This document shows positions 19,819 to 28,513 of a DNA stretch of 51,188 bases, piece after piece. A program made the translations under genes and the position numbers. This DNA comes from an uncultured Deferribacteres bacterium (GTDB lineage: Bacteria; Zhuqueibacterota; Zhuqueibacteria; Zhuqueibacterales; Geothermadaptataceae): positions 1 through 51,188 of the forward strand of contig CAXHAT010000029.1 in NCBI GenBank assembly GCA_964014485.1, written 5' to 3'. The notes beneath the pieces were generated by a model. It was not told the origin of the DNA. It saw only the letters and a list, made by a program, of their open reading frames with translations, and ran no database searches. Position 1 is the first letter of the stretch; every line of letters starts with the position of its first letter.

Positions 19819-20613
19819 TTAACTAGCCAACGCCGCTTCTTCTCCAGCGGTTTCAACAACTTCAACCGGAAGTTCCGCCGCTTTGTTTGCTTCTTCTTTA
19901 GCCGCAGCTTCTTCTTCTTTTTGACGCTCCCTCGCCTTTCCAGCTTCCATAATCGTGTCCGAAATTGCGCGCGTTATGAGCGCGATTGCCTTGAACGCAT
20001 CATCGTTGCAAGGAATGGGAAAATCGATCGGATCAGGATCAGAATTTGTATCGACCATGCCGATAATCGGGATGCCAAGTTTTTTCGCTTCGGAAACGGC
20101 GATGCTCTCTTTTCTCGTATCGACAATAAACATCGCGCCCGGCAGACGATTCATATCGCGAATCCCGCCCAAGACTCTGGTCAGTTTTTCGAGCTCGCGC
20201 TCAATCATCAGGATTTCTTTCTTACCGATTTTTTCGTAGGTGCCGTCGGTAGACATTTTTTCCTGATTTTTCATGCGTTTGATGCTTTTGCGGATCGTAC
20301 TGAAGTTTGTCAGTCCGCCTCCAAGCCATCTGTGGTTGACAAAAAATTGTCCGGCACGCTCAGCTTCGTTGCGAATAATGTCGCTTGCTTGTTTTTTGGT
20401 GCCGATGAACAGGATCGATTCGCCGTTTCGAATGATCTTAGCGACGGCGTCTTGCGCTTTTTTTAATTGGTCGAGCGTTTTTTGCAAATCAATGATATGA
20501 ATGCCGTTGCGTTCCATAAAAATGTACTTGCGCATTTTAGGGTTCCAACGGCGCGTCAAATGACCAAAATGAGCGCCTGCTCCGAGCAGATCCTGTACTT
20601 TTAGTTCTTTCAT
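19819..20613 (-). CDS. rpsB: 30S ribosomal protein S2
   Basis: [41 protein letters not shown]. Confidence 0.99.
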   Translation of the reverse strand: MKELKVQDLLGAGAHFGHLTRRWNPKMRKYIFMERNGIHIIDLQKTLDQLKKAQDAVAKIIRNGESILFIGTKKQASDIIRNEAERAGQFFVNHRWLGGGLTNFSTIRKSIKRMKNQEKMSTDGTYEKIGKKEILMIERELEKLTRVLGGIRDMNRLPGAMFIVDTRKESIAVSEAKKLGIPIIGMVDTNSDPDPIDFPIPCNDDAFKAIALITRAISDTIMEAGKARERQKEEEAAAKEEANKAAELPVEVVETAGEEAALAS

Positions 20614-20625
20614 GAAATCTCCAAA

Positions 20626-20726
20626 ATTTGGGGTTACGCCTCCGCCGAATCAATTCCTGACAATCTTACGCGTAGTAAAGGCATTACAAACGCACCCCGA
20701 TTGCGCTTAATCCAGCGTGTGTGATT
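20626..20726 (-). ncRNA. t44 / S2 (rpsB) autoregulatory leader
   Basis: Minus strand reads TCACACACGC...GGGGTGC...GGAGGCGTAACCCC directly upstream of rpsB, matching the conserved ACACAC / GGGTGC / GGAGGC.TAACCC blocks. Confidence 0.85.
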
Positions 20727-20752
20727 TTAGAAAACTGTTTCTTATAAACCGC

Positions 20753-20785
20753 AAAAACCCATCCCGTCGAGCGGAATGGGTTTTT
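20753..20785 (-). terminator. Rho-independent terminator after rpsI
   Basis: CCCATTCCG-CTCGA-CGGGATGGG stem-loop followed by TTTTT on the minus strand (A-tract on the other side). Confidence 0.85.
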
Positions 20786-20804
20786 AAAATTCATTCGTCG
20801 AATG

Positions 20805-21197
20805 CTATCGTTTCGAGAATTGAAATCTTTTGCGCGCGCCTTTCTGGCCGTACTTTTTGCGCTCAGTCATACGCGGATCACGCGTCAAGAATCCCCGGGC
20901 TTTCAATGCCGGGCGATGATCTTCATCAAGATGCACAAGCGCACGCGCAATTCCGTGCCGCATGGCTCCGGCCTGTCCGGAAAGCCCTCCGCCGTCCACG
21001 TTGGCGTAGACGTCGTATTTGCCCAGCGTTTCGGTCGCTTGAAGCGGCTGTTCGATGATCATTTTAAGCGTTTCGCGCTTAAAATAGTCGAGTACAGGCC
21101 TTTTGTTTACAATAACTTGCCCGTCCCCCGGCAATAGCCGTACGCGCGCGACCGCATTCTTTCTACGGCCTGTTGCAATGTGCGCCATTTCTTTCAT
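20805..21197 (-). CDS. rpsI: 30S ribosomal protein S9
   Basis: [40 protein letters not shown]. Confidence 0.99.
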   Translation of the reverse strand: MKEMAHIATGRRKNAVARVRLLPGDGQVIVNKRPVLDYFKRETLKMIIEQPLQATETLGKYDVYANVDGGGLSGQAGAMRHGIARALVHLDEDHRPALKARGFLTRDPRMTERKKYGQKGARKRFQFSKR

Positions 21198-21221
21198 GGA
21201 TTCCTCAAAATATTTTCTATG

Positions 21222-21650
21222 TTATGCTTCAAGCAGCGTCGGTTTCTGCGCTTCGTGCGGATGCGTGCTTTCATTGTACACAAATAGTTTTTTCAAAAGC
21301 TTTCGCCCTAATTTATTATGGGGCAACATTCCCCAAACCGCTTTTTTAATAATGCGGTCAGGATGCGTCCGCAACAAAGTCTCAAAATCTACTTGCTTCA
21401 ATCCGCCAGGATAGCCCGTGTGCCGGCTATAAATTTTTTGCTGCGATTTTTTCCCGGTGACTTTCACCTTGTCAGCGTTCACGACAACAATAAAATCGCC
21501 AGTGTCCATATGAGGCGTGAAGTACGGCTGGTGCTTGCCGCGCAGCCTTGTTGCGATCATCGAAGCCATTCTGCCTAGCGTTTGGCCGGAAGCGTCAACC
21601 ACGAACCACTTCTTCTCGACTTCATTAACTTTTGGAATATACGTTTTCAA
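21222..21650 (-). CDS. rplM: 50S ribosomal protein L13 (TTG start)
   Basis: [36 protein letters not shown]. Confidence 0.99.
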   Translation of the reverse strand: MKTYIPKVNEVEKKWFVVDASGQTLGRMASMIATRLRGKHQPYFTPHMDTGDFIVVVNADKVKVTGKKSQQKIYSRHTGYPGGLKQVDFETLLRTHPDRIIKKAVWGMLPHNKLGRKLLKKLFVYNESTHPHEAQKPTLLEA

Positions 21651-21741
21651 AACAGTCGTCTCCTTGTCAAATACAGACGGCGAAAGTAAAGAAAAAAGGG
21701 TTGTTTGTCAAGCGGAAATTCGAATGTTGATACATTTCAAT

Positions 21742-22632
21742 TTAAATCTGCGATGAATCCAGACAATGCTTGTAGCCGATAAATTTATAAGCCAGCTTTG
21801 CAGCCAAAAAATCTGGATGAATTAGTCCAAAAAGAGGAGACAATTCCACAATATCGGCGGCAAAAACATTTTTGGTTCGAAATACTTCCTTCAAAAATTC
21901 AAGAGTATTGTACCAAAAAAAGCCGCCCGGTTCCGGCGTTCCGACAGACGGCATGATCGACGGGTCAAAAAAATCCAAATCAAACGTCAAATAAACATTT
22001 TCCCCAAGTGCATCGACAGCGCTTTGGCGCCAGTCACCACCCTTTTGCATTTCAGATGCATAAAAAAGCCGCGAGCCGGAGCGTATTCCTTTCTCTTCGC
22101 CTTGGACGCCGCTTCTCAAGCCAACGCCGACAAAATCGCATATCTCATTAACCCGCGCCATGACACACGCATGGTTCAGCTGTGACCCTTCGTATGAATC
22201 GCGTAAATCACTGTGGGCGTCTAATTGTAGAACGGAAAAATCGCCAAAGACTTTATTCGCCGCTCGCACAAGCGGAATGGTTATGCTGTGTTCTCCGCCC
22301 AAACTCAGAACAAATTTTCCGCTTGAATAATGCGCTTCGGCTTCTTCTTGAATCTGTACGAGGTTTTCGGCATGGTTCGCTTCGTTTGGTCTCAAGAAAT
22401 TAGCTGTAGAAATACCGGTTCTACATGGTTCGCACTTCAACTCATCATCATAAAATTCAACCTGTTGCGAAGCGGCAAGAATAGCGTTTGGTCCGCTCGC
22501 GGTTCCTTGAATATAGCTCGTCGTCGCTTCATAGGGAATTGGCAAAACGACGCTCTTTGCGGCTTCAAATGCAGAAAGCTCGTCAGGTAAGCCCAAAAAA
22601 TTTTGATCCACTGAAAGTGTTTTCATTCGCAA
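21742..22632 (-). CDS. speB: Agmatinase (ureohydrolase family)
   Basis: GGEHSIT, LDAHSDLRD, TFDLDFFDPSIMPSVGTPEPGG metal-binding motifs. Confidence 0.93.
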   Translation of the reverse strand: MRMKTLSVDQNFLGLPDELSAFEAAKSVVLPIPYEATTSYIQGTASGPNAILAASQQVEFYDDELKCEPCRTGISTANFLRPNEANHAENLVQIQEEAEAHYSSGKFVLSLGGEHSITIPLVRAANKVFGDFSVLQLDAHSDLRDSYEGSQLNHACVMARVNEICDFVGVGLRSGVQGEEKGIRSGSRLFYASEMQKGGDWRQSAVDALGENVYLTFDLDFFDPSIMPSVGTPEPGGFFWYNTLEFLKEVFRTKNVFAADIVELSPLFGLIHPDFLAAKLAYKFIGYKHCLDSSQI

Positions 22633-22700
22633 CGGTAAAAATGCTTGTTTTCTGCACTGAATTTTGAGAAGTTCATGTACAAATTTATGGCGAGGATTGT

Positions 22701-23903
22701 ATGTTTCTCGAATTTTTTCTCCTACTCAAAAACGACGGTCTTCCGGTCACCATTCGCGAATATCTTGATCTATTGGCGGCGCTCAAGAAAAACGCTGTCA
22801 ATTACAACGTCGATGATTTTTATTACTTGTGCCGCACAGTCTTTATTAAGAATGAGCAGCACTTGGATCGATTCGATCAATTATTCGACAAATATTTCAA
22901 AGGGATCGATGCTTTCGATCCGGGTAAATTTGCCAAGATCCCGGAAGAATGGTTGCGCAAAAACCTGAGTCGAATTCTAACAGACGAAGAAAAAGCGCAA
23001 ATCGAGGCTATGGGCGGCTTGGACAAGCTGTTTGAAAAGCTGCGCGAGCTTTTAGAAGAGCAGAAAAAACGCCACGAAGGCGGCAACCGCTGGATCGGGA
23101 CAGGCGGCACTTCTCCGTTTGGCGCTTATGGCTTTAATCCGGAAGGCGTCAGGATGGGTCCTGAAAGCGCCGGTAATCGCAGCGCTGTCAAAGTTTGGGA
23201 AATGCGTGAATTCCAGGGATTAAACGACAATGTCGAGCTGAACACGCGCAATATGAAAATGGCGTTGAAGCGCTTGCGCATTCTCACGCGCGAAGGCGCC
23301 CCGGAAGAATTAGACGTTGATAAAACGATAAAGAAAACTTCCGAAAACGCCGGGATTTTGGACCTTGAGATCGTCCCCCAAAAGAGAAATAACGTCAAAG
23401 TCTTGATGTTTTTCGACATCGGCGGCTCAATGGACGATCACGTTGAGTTGTGCGAGCGGCTTTTTTCAGCAGCCAAATACGAATTCAAACATTTGGAATA
23501 TTATTATTTTCATAACTGCATTTATGAGCGCGTTTGGAAGGATAACGCACGCCGTTGGCGGGAATCAACGCCGACTTTCGAAGTGCTCAACAAATTTAAT
23601 TGTGACTATAAAGTTATCATCGTCGGAGATGCGTCGATGGCGCCGTATGAGCTTTCCTACGCAGGCGGCAGCGTTGAGCACATGAACGATGAACCCGGCA
23701 TGATCTGGCTGGAACGCATCAAAAACAAATTTCCCCACACAGTCTGGCTCAACCCAGTCTCGCAACGTTACTGGCCGCTGACTCAAACAATTCAAATCCT
23801 GCAAAACTTCATGAACAATCGCATGTTCCCGATGACCCTGGCTGGGCTGGCGCAAGCTATGAAAGCGCTCAAAAATCGTAAACTCACCAACCTAAATGCC
23901 TAA
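22701..23903 (+). CDS. vWA domain protein (CoxE-like, MoxR-partner type)
   Basis: RHEGGNRWIGTGGTSPFG motif; MIDAS-like FDIGGSMD; VIIVGDASMAPYE; VWLNP. Confidence 0.88.
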   Translation: MFLEFFLLLKNDGLPVTIREYLDLLAALKKNAVNYNVDDFYYLCRTVFIKNEQHLDRFDQLFDKYFKGIDAFDPGKFAKIPEEWLRKNLSRILTDEEKAQIEAMGGLDKLFEKLRELLEEQKKRHEGGNRWIGTGGTSPFGAYGFNPEGVRMGPESAGNRSAVKVWEMREFQGLNDNVELNTRNMKMALKRLRILTREGAPEELDVDKTIKKTSENAGILDLEIVPQKRNNVKVLMFFDIGGSMDDHVELCERLFSAAKYEFKHLEYYYFHNCIYERVWKDNARRWRESTPTFEVLNKFNCDYKVIIVGDASMAPYELSYAGGSVEHMNDEPGMIWLERIKNKFPHTVWLNPVSQRYWPLTQTIQILQNFMNNRMFPMTLAGLAQAMKALKNRKLTNLNA

Positions 23904-23930
23904 CAGCGAAACTACAGACAACCAGCCGTC

Positions 23931-26900
23931 CTACTTGACCAAAGCCATTTTTCGCAAACCGTTAAATTCTCCCGCTCGGATCGTGTAAACATAAACGCCG
24001 CTGGCTGCTACGCGTCCAAAATCATCGCGCCCGTCCCACACAACTGTGTGAAACCCTGCATTCACGGTTTCTCTGTCAATGAGCGTACGAATTGATTCGC
24101 CCAGCATATTGAAAACCTGCATAGTCACGGCGCTCGCTTCAGGCAGCGCGTAGCGGATCGTCGTGGAAGGATTGAAGGGATTGGGATAGTTTTGCGACAA
24201 CTCGAACGATTCCGGCATAATGTTAACCGCCGCCAATGACGGCTCAGCAAAATCCGAGCGCCCAACGACCAGTTTGAGCCTTTTCGGATGCTCCAGCCCC
24301 CTGCCTGCAACAACATAGCGCCGCGTTTCACGAAGATTTTTCGCGATCCCGGCATCTTCATCCACCAGCCAGACGTCAAATTCCGCCGGAACATCCTGAA
24401 CGCCGTCGAAAGTCAGCGTAATTTCCTCCGTCCTGCTCGAAACCGCTTCAAACTCCCACGTCTCGCCATCCGAAAAAACAGGACGGGCGTCGGCCGTAAA
24501 CCTCTCCGTCGCTTTGCGCCAACCTGGTCGCGTGAAGTAAACGGAAACGAATTCATCCCAATGTGGCGGTTCAGGTTGATCGAGCGCGTCGAAAGAGAAT
24601 TGTGCATCATTGCTGACAATAAAATCGAGCTGATCTCGACTACTCATTATCTCGGCGATGATTCGAATTTTCCAGAGAATTACTAGGGGCGTTTGCGTAG
24701 TTTTCTGGGTAGAGCCCACATTCGGATTGATACGCAAGGTATCAACATCGTTAACAAAAAGCGCATAACCTGCAAACGGATTCAAAACACCTGAAGCCGA
24801 AACTGCTCGCCATGCGCCGTCGTAAATCATAACTCGACCTTGTGCCGGGGCTTCTCCGTTTGCCAAAGCGGTTTTTGCAAGCGGAACGTCAAAATCAAAA
24901 GGACTGCCGATATAGTTCCAGCCGGGGTGTAGCTGAATTTCGAAATGTTCATCGGTCAAAACGGTTGTTCCCGGACCGGCCGTTAGTTTGGCGCTTTTTG
25001 TCTCTCTGACCAGAAGCCAGTATGCACGTCCCGGTATAATTTCTGGAATTTCTGGCAAATCAAGCGCAGTAGAATTGAAACGTGGTTCAAAAAAGCGCCA
25101 TTTTCGATTATCTCGTTCGCCAAGCGCCTTACGAAAAACGTCTTCCGGATTATTATTTGTGATTTGTAGGGGAAAAGAAACGAGTCGATAGTCGTCGGAG
25201 CCGGAGCCTGTGTGAATTGTGCCGGGTTGTTCAGCTCCGCCTTCCGATACGTTGACGGATATTGATGCGAACTGGAAATCGTTCCCCAGATTAGGTTCAC
25301 GAACAATTTGACTGTCCGGATCAAAAAATTCAAACTGATACTCAACTCCGCTCGACGTTGCGAATTGTCCGGAAATTTCTCCGCGATAGGTATGAACGGA
25401 CTTGCCTGGTTCGGCTGTTGGGCGAGGCGAAACGCGATCTAAAAACGAAGGTTCTACAGTCCTGGACATGGGCGTTCTGATTGTATCGTTAGCCCCAGCC
25501 GTGCGAAAAAGCATGCTAACTGTCGGTACGCCAAAATCATCGATGATATGCGCGAATACTTCTATCGGCCCGCCTGCGATCACAGCGTTAGGAGATACCG
25601 GGCCGCCGCCGGCAAAAACAGGTTCAGCGCTTTTGTTCACCTTGACCATCATAAAACCTTCCACAGGCTTGCTGTTGCCGTCAGTCGCAGTAATATCGAT
25701 TCTTACAGAATCATCGTTAGCCTTTTTCGCTTCAACCCACAGCGTCTTTTCGCCGACAATTGCCGCGAAAGCAATCGCTTCATTCTGACTTTTTGCTGTA
25801 AACCGCAGCGAGTCGCTGTTTGGATCTTCGAAAAAACCTTTCAGATTAATTTGTTCAGCGGGTTCGCCTACGGTCAATCCCAGATCAGGTAAAACTTGTG
25901 ACAGTTCAGGCGGCTGGTTTGTGTCGACAATTCTTAAAATAAATGAGGTTTCCACATCGCCTTCCCAGCCGTCTTCTGCCGTAACGGTTACGATGGTTTG
26001 GCCGACTTTTAGGGGAGACATGTCAAGAATGCTGTCACCAATAATTTGTACAAAAGCAACTTCCGAATCGCTTTGCCGCGCTGAAAACGTCAGACTGTCG
26101 CCCGCGTCAAGGTCGCTGAATATGTTTCTGACAATCAGGTTAATTCTCTTTTCTGAGGTTAACGCACGAGTCTCCAATCTCAGGTCGGGAATCCTGTTTT
26201 CGACAATCGGTTCGCGATTGATGCGAATCGGAATGAAGACGCTGTCCGAGCGTGCGCCGCACGGGTCTTGGATACGGAAGCTTACGCCTGCATCGAGAAC
26301 AGTATTGGGTTCATTTGATACGCTCATGCCGTCCATAAATTGAAACCTTAAGCGCGGCGGCGACAATTCCATCGAAATATTTACCCCAGACTGTATGGGA
26401 AAATATTCGAAATCGGCCAATTGCAAAACGTTTTGCGGATCGTCCGCATCAGAGAAAGTCAAGCTGTCCTGAAGTGAATGGAATGCGGCGGAGTTCGCAT
26501 GAAAAGTCACACAAATTTCCGTTTCCGATGCGTACGCTGCTAACGGCTCTGCATTTTCATCCACGACAAATCGGTACATTTTTGAGGCTTGGGCGTTCAG
26601 ATGATCGTGCGCCGTGATCATCACCGTTGTTGTTCCCGTCCGGAGCGGGGTAAACACAAAGGAATTGGTCGAGATTTTGGTGAATTCAACAATTTGCGGC
26701 TCCAATACTTCAGCAGTCAAGTTTCTGATTGGGCCGCATGCGATTGTATCGGGATCCGTGAACTCGACAAACAAATTTGTTAAAGTTGTATCCGTACAGA
26801 CTGTCCTGAGCTCCGTGTCGTATTTCAAACGAATTTCTGCGATTTCGGGGTTAACAACTTCCGGCGGGCTGTTTTCCTCAACTCTCACCTCAAATTTATG

Positions 26901-27866
26901 TTCAGCATACATGAAATCCTGATCGCCGGCAAACAATGTAACAGTGGCGAGATCACCAGCGTCTTGTTGCGGCGTTATTCTGACAACACTACCATCGCGT
27001 TGAATATCGAGGACCGAACTAGGCGAGGCTTCAGGCGCTGTAAACAAAAGTACGTCGTTGTCAGGATCAACAAACAAAGTGTCCAGGGTAAAGGTCCATT
27101 CACAGCCTTCGGTAAGCGTGATTTGCTCGGGTAAACTCCCGATATACTCGGGTATCCGATTGACATAAACGCCAACCGCCAGCGAACCGTCGACTATTAT
27201 GTCTGAAGAAATCGTGATTATCGCATTGTGTACATCGTCGCCTGCGCTTGAAATGCGATCTCGATTGACGCGCGCATAGATTTCCTTAATCTCATCTGCA
27301 TCAACGGTAATATTCTGACTCCCGACAAACCCGCCCATATTACTGAGAGAAACGCCCAACCATTCTGGATCGCTTGATACAAAATTGAGCGTAATCGGAC
27401 TCTCATTATTATGGCTTACAGTAAAGCTTCTGGTTATTTCGGTGCTGCCAAAATCCAACAACGTTTCTGAGACGGCGACAATCGTCAGGACCGTCAGGGC
27501 GACCGGTATTTTTTCGGGGTCTTCCATAGAGCCGGAGATTTCTCCGGTTATTTCTCCTGCATGATCGCCCGGAGAAGGAAGATTGGCATCGTCAACATCA
27601 ACGTTGACCACTCCATTACCGTTCGGAGCGATTGTTAAACTAACTTCCTGCCCATTATCGTTTAATTTTATCCAGTTTTCAGAGGCTTTCATTGTAACGG
27701 TAATTTCCTCGGCGCTTCCATTTATTACCGTGACTTTTCCGGTGATCAAGTCGTCGCTCCTAAATTGCAGAGGATTTGGATCAGGCGTGAGCGTCAGCGT
27801 TTGTCTGGCCGCAGCCGAGGTATGTAAGATAACCAACAATGCAGCATATGTAATCGCTTGTCGCAT
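23931..27866 (-). CDS. 1311-aa secreted protein with BACON/Ig-like and cadherin-like repeats and a C-terminal FlgD-Ig/T9SS-type sorting domain
   Basis: Signal peptide; repeated F.DPD.D.L.F.A motifs (FVDPDNDVLLFTA, FSDLDAGDSLTFSA, FEDPNSDSLRFTA); C-terminal LSQNYPNPFNPSTTIRY..WDGRDDFG..ASGVYVY..KMALVK. Confidence 0.85.
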   Translation of the reverse strand: MRQAITYAALLVILHTSAAARQTLTLTPDPNPLQFRSDDLITGKVTVINGSAEEITVTMKASENWIKLNDNGQEVSLTIAPNGNGVVNVDVDDANLPSPGDHAGEITGEISGSMEDPEKIPVALTVLTIVAVSETLLDFGSTEITRSFTVSHNNESPITLNFVSSDPEWLGVSLSNMGGFVGSQNITVDADEIKEIYARVNRDRISSAGDDVHNAIITISSDIIVDGSLAVGVYVNRIPEYIGSLPEQITLTEGCEWTFTLDTLFVDPDNDVLLFTAPEASPSSVLDIQRDGSVVRITPQQDAGDLATVTLFAGDQDFMYAEHKFEVRVEENSPPEVVNPEIAEIRLKYDTELRTVCTDTTLTNLFVEFTDPDTIACGPIRNLTAEVLEPQIVEFTKISTNSFVFTPLRTGTTTVMITAHDHLNAQASKMYRFVVDENAEPLAAYASETEICVTFHANSAAFHSLQDSLTFSDADDPQNVLQLADFEYFPIQSGVNISMELSPPRLRFQFMDGMSVSNEPNTVLDAGVSFRIQDPCGARSDSVFIPIRINREPIVENRIPDLRLETRALTSEKRINLIVRNIFSDLDAGDSLTFSARQSDSEVAFVQIIGDSILDMSPLKVGQTIVTVTAEDGWEGDVETSFILRIVDTNQPPELSQVLPDLGLTVGEPAEQINLKGFFEDPNSDSLRFTAKSQNEAIAFAAIVGEKTLWVEAKKANDDSVRIDITATDGNSKPVEGFMMVKVNKSAEPVFAGGGPVSPNAVIAGGPIEVFAHIIDDFGVPTVSMLFRTAGANDTIRTPMSRTVEPSFLDRVSPRPTAEPGKSVHTYRGEISGQFATSSGVEYQFEFFDPDSQIVREPNLGNDFQFASISVNVSEGGAEQPGTIHTGSGSDDYRLVSFPLQITNNNPEDVFRKALGERDNRKWRFFEPRFNSTALDLPEIPEIIPGRAYWLLVRETKSAKLTAGPGTTVLTDEHFEIQLHPGWNYIGSPFDFDVPLAKTALANGEAPAQGRVMIYDGAWRAVSASGVLNPFAGYALFVNDVDTLRINPNVGSTQKTTQTPLVILWKIRIIAEIMSSRDQLDFIVSNDAQFSFDALDQPEPPHWDEFVSVYFTRPGWRKATERFTADARPVFSDGETWEFEAVSSRTEEITLTFDGVQDVPAEFDVWLVDEDAGIAKNLRETRRYVVAGRGLEHPKRLKLVVGRSDFAEPSLAAVNIMPESFELSQNYPNPFNPSTTIRYALPEASAVTMQVFNMLGESIRTLIDRETVNAGFHTVVWDGRDDFGRVAASGVYVYTIRAGEFNGLRKMALVK

Positions 27867-27913
27867 TCAGGAAACCTCTTTTGGCTTTAATAATCTCATA
27901 TTCAAAAAATGAA

Positions 27914-28453
27914 TTAGCGTGGGAACCCTGGCGGATCAGACGGAGGGCCGGGTAATATCGGATCGGGCTTCAAGATCAGGTAGGCGGCCACACCGCCGGA
28001 AGCCAGAACGCCGGTTGTCGCCAAAGCCCAAATTCTGCGCTTTTTCTTTTTCTGGCGAACGGCACGTGTACGAATGTCTCGTTTGGCTTTATCAACTAGC
28101 GCGATAAACAATTCAGGATCGTTTTCACGGTCTGGATTGAATTTGGGGCGGATGGCGAGAAGGGCGTCGACGGCTTTACGGGCGTCTTTTTCGTGGTTGA
28201 GCGCAACGTGACTCAACGCCTTTAGCTTATAGGCGCGGACTTTCAGGTTTTCTTCGCTGAAGCCGTCGGGGAGGCATTTTTCCAGCGAATCGATGGCCGC
28301 TTGAAAAAGGTCGCGGTCGTAGAGCAATTCCGATTCTTCCAATGTCGCTCTACAAGGCGACTGGCCTTGCGCAAAATTCGGCGCTATGAGCAGAAGCGCG
28401 AACAAACAACAGCCGCGAAATGACATCCGCTTTTTTGAATTTCGATCTTTCAT
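27914..28453 (-). CDS. Exported TPR-like protein with basic stretch, C-terminal hydrophobic segment and Pro-rich tail
   Basis: Signal peptide; RAYKLKALSHVAL..ARKAVDALLAIRP TPR; KKKKRRIWALATTGVLASGGVAAYLIL; PGPPSDPPG. Confidence 0.7.
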   Translation of the reverse strand: MKDRNSKKRMSFRGCCLFALLLIAPNFAQGQSPCRATLEESELLYDRDLFQAAIDSLEKCLPDGFSEENLKVRAYKLKALSHVALNHEKDARKAVDALLAIRPKFNPDRENDPELFIALVDKAKRDIRTRAVRQKKKKRRIWALATTGVLASGGVAAYLILKPDPILPGPPSDPPGFPR

Positions 28454-28513
28454 TTTACCCCTTCAATCTCTTATCTCGGTGTTGGAAAATTGTTTTTTGA
28501 ATAAGCGATGAAC

